Part shown: positions 49,897 through 63,240 of the stretch, piece by piece
How positions within the stretch are numbered: position 1 is the stretch's first letter
Layout: each line of letters starts with the position of its first letter
Assembly: GCA_963812865.1 (NCBI GenBank)
Contig: CAWEWV010000011.1
Coordinates: 354,910-418,909, forward strand
Origin: an uncultured Acidobacteriaceae bacterium
Lineage (GTDB): Bacteria > Acidobacteriota > Terriglobia > Terriglobales > Acidobacteriaceae
Direction: 5' to 3'
DNA length: 64,000 bases
Program-made: the position numbers and the translations under genes
Notes under the pieces: model-generated
The model's input: the letters and a program-made list of their open reading frames with translations, nothing else
Databases searched by the model: none
Told to the model about the DNA's origin: nothing

Positions 49897-50075
49897 GGCA
49901 CACCTGCATCCACTTGGATTCCCGCCGTCGCACTTTGTTGTCCGGTCATTGGCGAAAAGATGACCCTTGCGTCGGGCGGTTCCCGGGCGTCATGGATTCG
50001 GTTCCGGCAAAGTCCGGCAAAAACAATTATGTTGGCAGGGGCAATCATTTCCGGGACCCAGGGGGATCAGCGCAG

Positions 50076-51448
50076 GTGAATCGCAGAAGCTTTCTGAAAG
50101 TGGCAGGAACCGCGTCGACACAGGCATTCATGGCAACGAGGCTTCACGCGATGGCGGAGCCGGACCAGCCAGGCACGCTGCTCCGTCCGCAGCAGAGCGA
50201 GCCCGAAAAGCCCGTCGCGGCGAACGACCACATCCAGATCGCGCTCATCGGCGCCGGCGGACAAGGCCAGTATGACACCAAAGTCGCCGCCTCCATCCCC
50301 GGGATTAAAGTCGTCGCCGCCGCCGACTGCTACAACAACCGCCTCGACCACGCGAAGGAGCTGTGGGGCGGCGACATCCTGACCACGCGCGACTACCGCG
50401 AGATCCTCGACCGCAAAGACATCGACGCGGTCATCATCGGCACCCCGATCACTGGCACAAGCAGGCTTCCATCGATGCGATGAAGGCGGGCAAAGACGTT
50501 TACTGCGAGAAGCCGATGATCCATCTGTACTCGGATGGACCGGAGATGATCGAGACCAGCCGCGCGACGAAGCGCATCCTGCAAATCGGCAGCCAGCGCG
50601 TCAGCTCCATCGTCTATGTCAAAGCGAAGGAGCTGTTGGCCGCGGGGGCGATCGGCCAGCTCAACATGGTCCAGGCGTTTTGGGATCGTAACTCGTCGAT
50701 CGGCGCGTGGAACTACACCGTTCCCCCGGACGCGTCGCCGGAAACCTGCGACTGGCCGCGCTTCCTCGGCACCGCGCCAAAGATTCCCTTCAACGGCGAG
50801 CACTTTTTCCAGTGGCGTAAGTGGAAGGCCTACGGCAGCGGCGTGGCCGGGGACCTGTTTGTGCACCTTTTCAGCGGCACGCATTTCATCACCGGCGCGC
50901 ATGGGCCGACGCGCGCCATGGCCACCGGAGGGTTGCGCTTCTGGAAGGACGGCCGCGATGTGCCCGACGTGTTGCTCGGACTTTTTGACTATCCGGAAGG
51001 GTTCAATCTGAGCCTGCGCGTCAACTTCGTCGACGGCGGCGCCGAAGGCGAGGGCTTTCTCTTCGCCGGCTCCGAAGGCCAGATGGAGATTGCCGGCAAC
51101 ACCCTGACCGTGAGCCGCGTGCCCCGCGAAAAAGAGCCCGGGCTGATGATCGGCAGCTTCACCGACGCGATGCAGAAGCAGATTACGGCCACCTATCGGG
51201 AGAAATATCCGCTGGTTGAGCCGACGGAACCCACGCGCGTCGGGTTCGACAAGTACGTCGCGCCGCGCGACTACAGCGACAGCTACGACCACTTCAAGAA
51301 TTTCTTTGCCTCAGTGCGGTCGCGGCAGCCGGTGGTCGAAGACGCCGTCTTCGGCTATCGGGCCGCCGGCGCAGCTCTGTTGAGCAACCTCAGCTATGAG
51401 AAGGATGCCATTGTGAAGTGGGATCCTGAGGCGATGAAGCTGGTGTAG
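50076..51448 (+). CDS. Gfo/Idh/MocA family oxidoreductase with TAT signal, with an apparent frameshift in the C4 run at 50443-50446
   Basis: VNRRSFLKVAGTASTQAF TAT signal from a GTG at 50076, and the Rossmann IQIALIGAGGQGQ. DAVIIGTP in one frame continues as DHWHKQASIDAMKAGKDVYCEKPM in the frame of ORF 50363..51448. Confidence 0.8.
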
Positions 51449-51505
51449 GAACGGCGTTCAGCGGATAGCCTACTGAACGTTCATCCCTGTCCGCTCTACG
51501 TTTTC

Positions 51506-52315
51506 TCACGGAATCTCCCGCACCCAGATATTCCTGAAGCTGATGGGCTCGCTCTTGTCGCCATGCGCCTGCAGCTTGATCGGTGCGCGATCGTACGCCT
51601 TATAAAACGGCTGCCCGATGTACAGCGTCTGCCCCTTCAGCTGGAAATGATCCTCGACCAGCACGCCATTCCAAAAGACGGTTGCATACGCGGGCGTCTT
51701 CAGCGAACCATCGGCATTAAACGTGGGCGCGGTCCACACCACGTCATACGTCTGCCACTCGCCGGGCTTGCGCGCGGCGTTGACGAGCGGAATCGACTGC
51801 TTGTACAAGCTCCCCGCCATGCCGTTCACATACGTCGCATTGTTGTACGCGTCGAGCACCTGCAGCTCGTATCCCGCATCGCCTGGTCCGAGCGACGCGA
51901 GAAAGACGCCGCTGTTCCCGCGCGCCTGCCCGCTGCCCGTAATGTTCGAGGGGATCTTCCACTCGATGTGCAGCTGATAATCCTTAAAGCTGCGCTTCGT
52001 CTCGATATTCCCCGTACCCTTGGCCACCGTGAGCACGCCGTCGCCCACGACCCACCGCGCCGGCGTGTGATCCTGCGCTGAGACCCACGCATCTTCATTC
52101 GTTCCATCGAACAGCACGATCGCGTCCGATGGCGGAGCCGCATCCGTCGCCCCCGGCGTCACCACCGCAGGCACCGGTGTCCATGCCTCTGTCTCCTCCG
52201 GCTTCGGTTTTGGCTGGTCCTGCTGCGCGAAAGCGGGCGCGGCCAGCATGCTTCCGACCGCGAAAACAATCAACTTCAAAATAGGTCTGCACATAACGCA
52301 AGGAGGATAACTCAA
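51506..52315 (-). CDS. DUF1080 / 3-keto-disaccharide hydrolase family protein, secreted
   Basis: Signal peptide, then GNIETKRSFKDYQLHIEWKIP...SGVFL...FRNIWVREIP. The start may be the internal Met at 52294. Confidence 0.8.
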   Translation of the reverse strand: MSYPPCVMCRPILKLIVFAVGSMLAAPAFAQQDQPKPKPEETEAWTPVPAVVTPGATDAAPPSDAIVLFDGTNEDAWVSAQDHTPARWVVGDGVLTVAKGTGNIETKRSFKDYQLHIEWKIPSNITGSGQARGNSGVFLASLGPGDAGYELQVLDAYNNATYVNGMAGSLYKQSIPLVNAARKPGEWQTYDVVWTAPTFNADGSLKTPAYATVFWNGVLVEDHFQLKGQTLYIGQPFYKAYDRAPIKLQAHGDKSEPISFRNIWVREIP

Positions 52316-52333
52316 TCGCGCTCGCTGCGCGCG

Positions 52334-54034
52334 TCAGGGGACGTATCCAGGCCCGCGCAGCACCTTGCCCGGCAGCGCGCCGGTCATCTTGCCCTCGGCG
52401 ATCACCGGCACGCCGTTCACCAGCACGTATTCCATTCCCTGCGCAAGCTGGTTGGGCTGCTCGAAGGTGGCCAGGTCGTCGGATGGTTGCCGGGTCGAAG
52501 ACCACGACATCGGCCCACATCCCCTGCTTCAGCACGCCGCGATCCGTCAGCCGCATGCGCTGCGCCGGCAGCGCCGCTGAATTTGCGGATCGCATCCGGC
52601 AGCGTCAGCGCGTGCTCCTCGCGCACATACTTGCGCAGGATGCGGGGAAACGTGCCGTACGCGCGCGGGTGCGGATGCTCCTGGCCCAGCAGGCCGTCGG
52701 GCGAGGTGCCCTGCGAATCGTTGTCGATGGAAACCCACGGCTGCTGGAGCGCCAGCACCACGTCCGGCTCGCTCATGCCGAAGACCGCGACCTCGGTGAA
52801 CGCCTTGTCCTTGATCAGCAGATCGCACAGCGCGTCGATGGGGTCCTCGTGCCACAGGGCCGCGACTTCCGACAGCCGCTTGCCCTGCAGCGGCACCAGC
52901 TCCGGGATTTTGCACCACCGCAATCAGGATCGCCTCCGGGCCCAGGAATCTCCTGCCACTCGTTGTCCCAGTCGCCATGCGGACGTCGAGCATGTCTTTG
53001 CGGATGCGCGCGCGCGTGGCCGGGTCCTTGAGCCGCTCGATCAGCTTGGCATCGCCGCCATCGTGCGCCCACGGCGGAATGAACGCGGAAAAGGTGTTGA
53101 ACCACGCCGTGTAGGCGTAGGTGTTGGCGCTGATGTCGACGCCCGACGCCGCGCGCGGCATCGATCTGCGCGACAATCTGCGGCATCTTGCCCCAGTTCG
53201 CTTTGCCGGCCGCCTTCAGATGCCAGATCTCCACCGGAATGTGCGCCTCGCGGCCGATGCGCATCGCTTCGTCGATGGCCTGCAGGCTCGGCGTCGCCCT
53301 CGCTGCGCATGTGCGTCGCGTAGATGCCGCCGTATTGCGCCGCCTCCGTCGCCAGCGCGATCAGCTCCTCGGTCTTCGCATACGGCGCCGGCGCATATTG
53401 CAGCGCCGTCGACAGGCCCACCGCGCCGTCGCTGCATCGCCTGCCGCACCAGCGCCTGCATCTGGCGTCGAGCTGCGCGGCCGTGGGCTGCACGTCCGCA
53501 TCGCCCAGCACCATGCGCCGCACGCTGGTCGCGCCCACATAGCTGGCCAGATTGATGCCCATGCCCTGGCGTTCCAGCCGCGCAAAGTATTCGCGCAACG
53601 TCCGTCCAGTCGGGCGTGATCTTCAGGTGCTCGTAGCCGGCGCGGTCGGCTGCGATGATGCGCGCGTTGAGCGGCGCCACCGAACCGCCTTCGCCCGTGA
53701 TCTCCGTCGTGATGCCCTGGTAGATCTTCGAGGGCAGGCGCGGATCGACCAGGATCGTCATCTCCGACTGCCCCAGCATGTCGATGAATCCCGGCGCCAC
53801 CACCATCGCCCGTGCGCATCGATGGTCTGCCTGCGCGCGGCGCTCGGCGAGATTGCCGATCGCCGCGATGCGGCCGCCGCGAATGCCCACGTCGCCCGAG
53901 TACCACGGCGAACCCGTGCCATCGATAATGTGTCCGTGCACGATGACGACGTCGAAGGGCTGCGCCACCTGCGCCTCGGCGAGCCGCACACACGACAAAA
54001 TCAATAAGCCAAATACGACGAAGCAATTTCTCAT
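52334..54034 (-). pseudogene. N-acyl-D-amino-acid deacylase (D-aminoacylase, amidohydrolase superfamily), reading frame broken at least ten times
   Basis: Signal peptide MRNCFVVFGLLILSCVRLAEAQ plus FDVVIVHGHIIDGTGSPWYSGDVGIRGGRIAAIG, VVAPGFIDMLGQSE, YFARLERQGMGINLASYVG, GLSTALQYAPAPYAKTEELIALA...GGIYATHMRSEGD, IPVEIWHLKAAGKANWGKM, VDISANTYAYTAWFN, PHPRAYGTFPRILRKYVRE, RLTDRGVLKQGMWADVVVFDP, and GALPGKVLRGPGYVP-stop. These pieces are scattered over all three minus frames. Confidence 0.8.
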
Positions 54035-54102
54035 CGGAAGAAAAACGCGGGCCTGCCCGGCGTGCCCGCATCCTATCACGCGCTCTGTTTTAATCAAGAC
54101 AG

Positions 54103-56944
<2,842 letters not shown>

Positions 56945-57086
56945 GGGTGCGACGGAAGTGCGGGTCCCAAAATGGAAAATCCTCCCTGACCTCATTACCA
57001 ATTCCGGATTGGTCTGAGAATCCCCTTATCTTTCCCGCGCACTTCTCGTTCCATCCCTTTACGCTCGGTTCAGGGAGGAACCGCCC

Positions 57087-58493
57087 ATGCAGCCCGGCAC
57101 CAATCCCGAGGACATCAATGCCATTCTGAACCGCTTCCATACCTGGGCCGACAAACATCCGGCCGAAGGAAATGGAAACGGCCATAGCAACGGCGCAGGT
57201 CTCGATGAGGTTCGAGAGTTTTCCTACGAAGAGGCCATCCGCGAGCATCGCAATCGCGGCGCTGCGCGAACCCCGCGGCCCAAGGCTGCGCCGCCCGCAA
57301 AAAACGCAGCCCCAACCCAGCAGAAATCCACGGTAAAAGCTGTTCCACCGGCGCCGGAAGTCGCCCCCGAACCGCAGCGGCGGTTTATCTCGAGCCTTGA
57401 AATTCTCGCCGCCCTCAACAATGTTGCGCCAGCGCCGCCCCTGCAGGATGCCCCGAAACCCGTCGCGTATGCCGCCCCAAAGCCTGCATCGAACGCCGCG
57501 CCAGCCGCAGCGCAGACTGCCGGGAAGGCTGCATCCGAGGACGCGCCCCGGTTCCAGAGTCAATCGACGCCGAAGGCTGCCGTGCAACCCACCCGGAAGC
57601 CCGCACCCTACGACCCACCCTTTAAGGTCCAACAGGAAGACGTTCAGCCCGCAGTCGAAGTGCGCCTCAAAGCAGCCGCGCCCACACCCACTGACCGGCC
57701 GTCGCCAGCCCGGCGACCCGTGGCTGCAAAGAGCGCGATCGCCCGAGCGCCGAAGCCCAAACCGGCGGACGCCTTTCGCCAGATGCTCGCCGACGCTGTC
57801 ACCCAATCCACACCGGACGCCCAGCTTCCCGCAAAGCGGCCGGGGGCAAGGCAGGTTCGATCTTCCTGCGCGAAGACAGCGACTCCGATGAAAACAGCGG
57901 CGGCCGTGCGCCATCCAGCCTTCGCCACAGCAAAAAGGGCATCTGTCAATGCCAAACCAGAGCCAAAAGCTGCGCTCGCCGCCATCCGCTCCTCCCTCAT
58001 CCGGCCGCAGACAGCCATGGCGATGGAATCCGTCGCGCAGAATCCGGCGCCGCGTAGAAGTGCCGCACCAGCCGTCGGAAAAATCGGCAAATCGAAGCCG
58101 GTGCCCTCTCATCAGGTCATGGTTGGCAGGGCGCAGCAGCCAAAAGCCCAGGCTGCGTCCAAAAGGAAGCCCGATCCGGACCGCACGCGCCGCATCACGA
58201 CGCGGTTTTCTGCCGCCGAGGAGCGCCGCATCGAAAAACAGGCAGCCGACCTCGGCCTGAACGTCTCCGCCTACCTCCGGCAATGCGCCCTGGGAGCAGC
58301 CGCTGCGCAAAACACGCTTGCCCGCGAGCCCCTTAACGCCAGGGCGAACCAACGGGCGGGCAAATCCACCGCGCAGACCATGCCCAATTTCAACAACTAT
58401 TCCGCGTCAGCCCCATCGGTTTTAGGAGGGTGGCTCGCGCTGCTGCGCAACCGCTTCCTTGGGCCGCCCGTCCGATTCTCCAACCAGGCCTGA
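57087..58493 (+). CDS. Pro/Ala-rich protein with a C-terminal MobC-like ribbon-helix-helix segment
   Basis: A good SD (GGGAGGAA) precedes the ATG. About 350 aa of low-complexity P/A/K-rich sequence is followed by RRITTRFSAAEERRIEKQAADLGLNVSAYLRQCALG, which matches the MobC/RHH consensus shape. Confidence 0.6.
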   Translation: MQPGTNPEDINAILNRFHTWADKHPAEGNGNGHSNGAGLDEVREFSYEEAIREHRNRGAARTPRPKAAPPAKNAAPTQQKSTVKAVPPAPEVAPEPQRRFISSLEILAALNNVAPAPPLQDAPKPVAYAAPKPASNAAPAAAQTAGKAASEDAPRFQSQSTPKAAVQPTRKPAPYDPPFKVQQEDVQPAVEVRLKAAAPTPTDRPSPARRPVAAKSAIARAPKPKPADAFRQMLADAVTQSTPDAQLPAKRPGARQVRSSCAKTATPMKTAAAVRHPAFATAKRASVNAKPEPKAALAAIRSSLIRPQTAMAMESVAQNPAPRRSAAPAVGKIGKSKPVPSHQVMVGRAQQPKAQAASKRKPDPDRTRRITTRFSAAEERRIEKQAADLGLNVSAYLRQCALGAAAAQNTLAREPLNARANQRAGKSTAQTMPNFNNYSASAPSVLGGWLALLRNRFLGPPVRFSNQA

Positions 58494-58504
58494 CCAGCGA
58501 ACAG

Positions 58505-59236
58505 CTAGTCCTTCGTCACCTGCGTAGCCTTGTCATTCTCAAACGTCACCGACCAGCGGGTCCCGCCGGCGTTGTATTGCACAGTGCGATTCCCATAGTT
58601 CGATGAGTCCGACTGCTGCATCACGCCGAGCGCCATCGCCGTCTCCAGTTCGGTCATGCCCTGCTTGGGCTGATGTTGATCGATCGCCTGCCACAGGTCC
58701 GGTGGCCAGAATTTGTACATCTGGTGCGGATCGTCGTAGTAGAAAACGTTGTCGCAGTAGTACGTCGAATCGGCTCCCTGCATTGTGCCGATCGCAGTTG
58801 CATATTCCTTCGTATCGCCCGGCATGGTGAACACGGCGAACGCGGTCGCCGTTCCGTGTGGGATCCGCATCTCCACGCTGGCCGGAACCTTCTCCGTCAC
58901 GATGTCTTTGATATCCAGCCGCTGCACGCTGGGCAGAACACCGGCTTTGTGCGCGAAGTTCACATGGTGCGCAGCAAACGGATAATAATCCAGCTCATAA
59001 CCGGCCTGGATCCACACTGGCTTGCCGATCAGATCTTTCGCTGATTTCAGGTCGTCGATGTAGAGTTTGCGCGGCTGCACCATCTCTTCATCGCTCAGGT
59101 GGCGCTCCTCGACAGGGTGTGGCACGACGCCGGGCTGGCTGCGCGCAACGTTGATCCGCCAGATGCCGATGGCGGCGATGAGGACAGCGGGCACGACGAT
59201 CAGTATGAGCTTTTGCCAGGTCTTCATGGTTCTCAA
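58505..59236 (-). CDS. membrane-anchored hypothetical protein
   Basis: N-terminal anchor WQKLILIVVPAVLIAAIGIW followed by a globular domain with normal composition. It lies downstream of hemH on the same strand. Confidence 0.6.
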   Translation of the reverse strand: MRTMKTWQKLILIVVPAVLIAAIGIWRINVARSQPGVVPHPVEERHLSDEEMVQPRKLYIDDLKSAKDLIGKPVWIQAGYELDYYPFAAHHVNFAHKAGVLPSVQRLDIKDIVTEKVPASVEMRIPHGTATAFAVFTMPGDTKEYATAIGTMQGADSTYYCDNVFYYDDPHQMYKFWPPDLWQAIDQHQPKQGMTELETAMALGVMQQSDSSNYGNRTVQYNAGGTRWSVTFENDKATQVTKD

Positions 59237-59302
59237 CTTATTCTGATGCGCGCCGCGGTCGCACGATGCGCGAAGGGCCCGCGCGCAGGGCGAATCATCG
59301 GG

Positions 59303-60229
59303 TTATTCCGCCAGGCCCTTTCGTGCCAGATCGGCCAGAGCCAGGGTCAACAGGCGAGAATTGTTGAGCGATTCGGGCCGCCGCACCGTCATCCCCAACC
59401 CCGCCGCGAATTGCCTGAAGCCGACGTCGATGTCGTAGAGAATCTCGACGTGATCGCACAGAAACCCAATCGGCTGGATGACCAGGCTGGTCACTCCCTG
59501 CGCGTGCAGTGCGGTCAGCGTGTCCTCGACGGTCGGCCCCAGCCACGGCCCTCCCGACATGCCCTGGCTTTGAAATGCGAAGAACCACCGGTCCGGTGTG
59601 AGCCCGGCTATCCGGCCGGCGACCAGCCTCGCGGTCGTCTTCGCTTCGACCGGATAGGGATCCGGCGGCTCCGGCTTGGCGTTCGCATCGGTCTGCGGAG
59701 CCGAAATCACCGTCCGGCACGGCACGCTGTGCGCGGTGAAGAGCACCGTCGCTCGCGATGCACCATCGTCGCGCAGCGCCGCGCGCATCCGTTCCGCAAA
59801 AGCATCGATCAGCTGCGGATGGTCCGCCCAGTCGTCGATGAACCGCAGCTCCAGAGCTCCTTCCGCCGCTGCAAACACTGCCCGGCGATACAGTCCCACG
59901 CTCGTTCGCGAATTCTGCGGCGCGAGGCAAATGACCACTGCGCGCGTCACGCCATCGTCGCGCATCTGGTGCACGACATCGGCGATGTACGGCTTCCAGT
60001 TGCGCATGCCGACGTAGACCGGCTTGCCCAGTTCCTCTGCGAGCAGCCGGCCCTGCTCCAGGGTCAGCCGCGTGAGCGGGCTGCCGCCGATCACCGAGAA
60101 GCGGTGCTTCACTTCGTCGATCGCGGCTTCCGGAAGCGGCCGCCCTCCGGTGACGCGCAGCAGATAATCGGGAATCTCCTCCACCGCATCCGGCGTGCCA
60201 TGTGCCAGCAGCAGAACCGCGTCACCCAC
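59303..60229 (-). CDS. hemH: ferrochelatase
   Basis: [10 protein letters not shown]...IGGSPL...[11 protein letters not shown]...FTAHSVP...FQSQG...[18 protein letters not shown]. The GTG start overlaps the hemE stop. Confidence 0.9.
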   Translation of the reverse strand: MGDAVLLLAHGTPDAVEEIPDYLLRVTGGRPLPEAAIDEVKHRFSVIGGSPLTRLTLEQGRLLAEELGKPVYVGMRNWKPYIADVVHQMRDDGVTRAVVICLAPQNSRTSVGLYRRAVFAAAEGALELRFIDDWADHPQLIDAFAERMRAALRDDGASRATVLFTAHSVPCRTVISAPQTDANAKPEPPDPYPVEAKTTARLVAGRIAGLTPDRWFFAFQSQGMSGGPWLGPTVEDTLTALHAQGVTSLVIQPIGFLCDHVEILYDIDVGFRQFAAGLGMTVRRPESLNNSRLLTLALADLARKGLAE

Positions 60230-61284
60230 GGCGCACCTCCGGAATATATTCCCGCACGAACTTCACCACCGCCTGCACATTCTCCACCGGCGTGCCTGGA
60301 ACAATGCCGTGACCAAGATTGAAAATGTGTCCTGGCCTGCCTGCGGCCTGATCGAGAATTTGCCAGACCCGGCACGCGAATCAGCTCCGGCTCGGCGAAC
60401 AGAGTGATCGGGTCCAGATTGCCCTGCACCGCGCATGCATAGTCCAGTTCGCGCCATGCTTTGTCGAGCGGGGTCCGCCAGTCCAGCCCCAGCACATCCG
60501 CCCCCGCCTCGCGCATCGCGGGCAGCAGGCTTGCCGTGTCGACGCCGAAATAAATCACCGGCACACCGAGCGCCTGCACCTCGCGCACCAGCGTCTTCGT
60601 CGCCGGCAACACAAACTCCCGGTAATCGGGGATCGCCAGCGCGCCCGCCCAGCTGTCGAAAATCTGGATGACGTCTGCTCCTGCTGCCACCTGCTGCGCC
60701 GCAAATTCCCGCAGCACGAACACCAGCTTGTCCAGCAGCCTGCGCCACGCGTCGGGCTGCCGGTACATCAGCTTCTTGGTCTCGATGTAATTGCGCGACC
60801 CGCCGCCCTCGATCATGTAGCTGGCCAGGGTGAAGGGCGCGCCGCAGAAGCCAATCATCCCCAGCCGCCCTTTGAAGTGCGCCACTACGCGCTGGATCGC
60901 CTCGCCGACGTACGCCAGTTCGCTGGCTCGCGTGGTCACCAGCGCGTCGATCGCCGCGGCATTGCGCAGCGGCTGGTGAATCACCGGGCCTTCACCGGCC
61001 TGGAATTCGAAGTCCAGTCCCATGCATTCGAGCGGCAGCAACAGATCGGCAAAAATGATGGCCGCATCCACGTCGAGCTTTTCCGCCGCGGTGATTGTGA
61101 CTTCGGCCGCCAGCTCCGGCCGCCTGCAAATCTCCAGCAGGGAGTGGTACCGCCGCACCTCCATGTATTCGGGCATGTAGCGGCCGGCCTGGCGCAGGAA
61201 CCACACCGGCGTGCGGTCGACGGGCTGGCGCAGACAGGCGCGAACGAATCTGTGCGAGGAGAGAACGGGGGCGTGCTGGGTCAT
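60222..61284 (-). CDS. hemE: uroporphyrinogen decarboxylase, with an apparent frameshift near 60362-60380
   Basis: [40 protein letters not shown]... down to [15 protein letters not shown] is in one frame. The conserved end [45 protein letters not shown]-stop is in another. The length of 1063 nt is not a multiple of 3. Confidence 0.85.
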
Positions 61285-61420
61285 GAGGCGTACGAATTGA
61301 AGGTAGCAGGAAGAGGCGCCGCGCGAAAACCGCGGCCCGGAACCTGAGGGAGATTCCGGGCCTTGAAAGAGTCCTGAAATTTTGAGCCGCGGCGGTGTTC
61401 CATCGAAGCCGCGCCATCGG

Positions 61421-61645
61421 CTATTTTTTTTCGACGACTTCTTTGCTGATTTTTTCTTTGGGACCTTACCGCCCGCCTTGCGTGCCTCCGACAGCCCGAT
61501 CGCGATGGCCTGTTTGCGGCTTGTGACTTTCTTTCCGCTGCGACCGCTCTTCAGCGTGCCACGCTTCTTTTCCTCCATCGCCCTCTTAACTTTGTCGCCG
61601 GCTTTAGGGCTGTATTTCTGCCTAGGACTTTTTCTTCGTTGGCAT
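61421..61645 (-). CDS. small lysine-rich protein (KQAIAIGLSEARKAG family; I recall this as DUF6496, name unverified), flanked by two homopolymer frame problems
   Basis: The SD GGGAGAA precedes an ATG at 61645, which gives MPTKKKS-stop. The body SPRQKYSPKAGDKVKRAMEEKKRGTLKSGRSGKKVTSRKQAIAIGLSEARKAGGKVPKKK is shifted by one nt. The TAG at 61421-61423 is back in the ATG frame. An alternative start is MEEKK at 61578. Confidence 0.5.
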
Positions 61646-63240
61646 GCAACGTTCTCCCTTCTCTTGTATGGGAAGCGCGCAGGGAGCGGAGGTTGCGCGA
61701 AGAAGATCTCGCGCGGACGTGAGGACGCGAAATGTACAGGAGACAGGTCGACTGCGGGCAGGATGTCTTCGACGTCGACCCACTGCGTCGGATAGTCGCC
61801 GGTATAGCAGGCGACGCAGAACTTGTTGCCTTCGCCGCCGTCGCAGGCATTACGCAATCCGTCCAGGGACAAATAGGCGAGCGAGTCGGCCTCGATGAAC
61901 TGCCGTATCTCTTCAATGGAGTTGTTAGCCGCGATCAGTTCGGATTTGCGCGGCGTGTCCACGCCGTAATAACACGGCGAAATGGTCGGTGGGCAGCTGA
62001 TGCGCAGATGGACTTCCGTGGCGCCCGCCTGCCGCACCATGCGAACAATCTTGCGGCTCGTCGTCCCGCGGATGATCGAGTCGTCGATCAGGATGATGCG
62101 CCGGCCTTCGAGCAAATTCCGCACCGGATTCAGCTTCAGCTTCACGCCAAAGTCGCGCACCCGCTGTTCCGGCTCGATGAACGTGCGCCCGACATAATGG
62201 TTGCGGATCAGTCCGAAGCGAAACGGGATGCCGCTCTCGGCCGCGTAGCCAATGGCCGCCGTCACGCCGGAGTCGGGCACCGGCACGACGAGGTCGGCGG
62301 GCACCCCCGATTCGCGCGCCAGCTGCCGGCCCATTTCCTCGCGGCTCTCCTGCACCCAGCGGTTGAAGATCATGCTGTCGGGCCGGGCAAAGTAAACATG
62401 CTCGAAGATGCAGCTCGTCTGGTTGGGCGGTGCGTACTGCCGCGAGGTCACGCCATCGCCGGTTACCATGACCAGCTCGCCGGGCAGCACGTCGCGCTCG
62501 AACTTCGCCCGCAGCAGGTCGAACGCGCAGGTCTCCGAGGCAAAGACGACGGTGTCGGGGCCATCGGGATTGTGGACGCGGCCCATCGACAGCGGCCGGA
62601 ACCCATGCGGATCGCGCGCGGCAAAGACGCGGTCGCGCGTCATCATCACAATCGAGAACGCCCCCTCCAGCTGGCGCAGCGAATCCGCTATCGCATCCAC
62701 CAGAGTCGTGGCCTGCGAATGCGCGATGAGCTGAACGATGATCTCCGAATCCGACGTGGTCTGGAAGAACGCACCCTGGCGCTCCAGATGCACGCGCAGA
62801 TTCCCGAGGTTCACCAGGTTCCCGTTGTGCGCAATCGCAATCAGTCCCTTCGTCGATTCGACGCGAATGGGCTGCGCATTCAGCAGCGCCGAGTCGCCGG
62901 TCGTCGAGTAGCGCGTGTGCCCAATGGCCATATCGCCCTTGAGCCGCGCCAGCACGTCGTCGGTGAAAATCTCCGACACCAGTCCCATGCCCTTGATGTT
63001 CGACAGGTGGGTGCCGTCGGCCGTCGCAATCCCCGCCGACTCCTGCCCGCGATGCTGCAGCGCATAGAGCGCGAGATAAGCCTGGCGCGCCGCATCCGGG
63101 TGCCCGTGAATCGCAACCACGCCGCACTCTTCGTGCAGCTCGTCTTCGCTGCGTGCCGTACGGCGCAGGGCTTCGTCGAAATCTCCCGAGAACGAGGGCT
63201 GGGTCTGACCCGGAAAGCCTTCGCTGAGGAGGCGGTTCAC
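61646..63240 (-). CDS. purF: amidophosphoribosyltransferase (3' end undefined: no stop codon in any frame before the next gene)
   Basis: Propeptide then CGVVAIHG (N-terminal nucleophile Cys), RGQESAGI, the PRPP loop IILIDDSIIRGTTS, and the Fe-S cysteines CYYGVDTP...FCVACYTGDYP. The GTG start overlaps the purL stop (GTGA). Confidence 0.9.

Noticed and set aside
60109-63240. Reading the 1043-aa ORF as a genuine PurF/small-protein/HemE fusion enzyme
   Set aside because: Each unit retains its own SD and start context, and the HemE C-terminus is in another frame. The junctions also coincide with homopolymer runs. A run-on caused by indels is far more likely.
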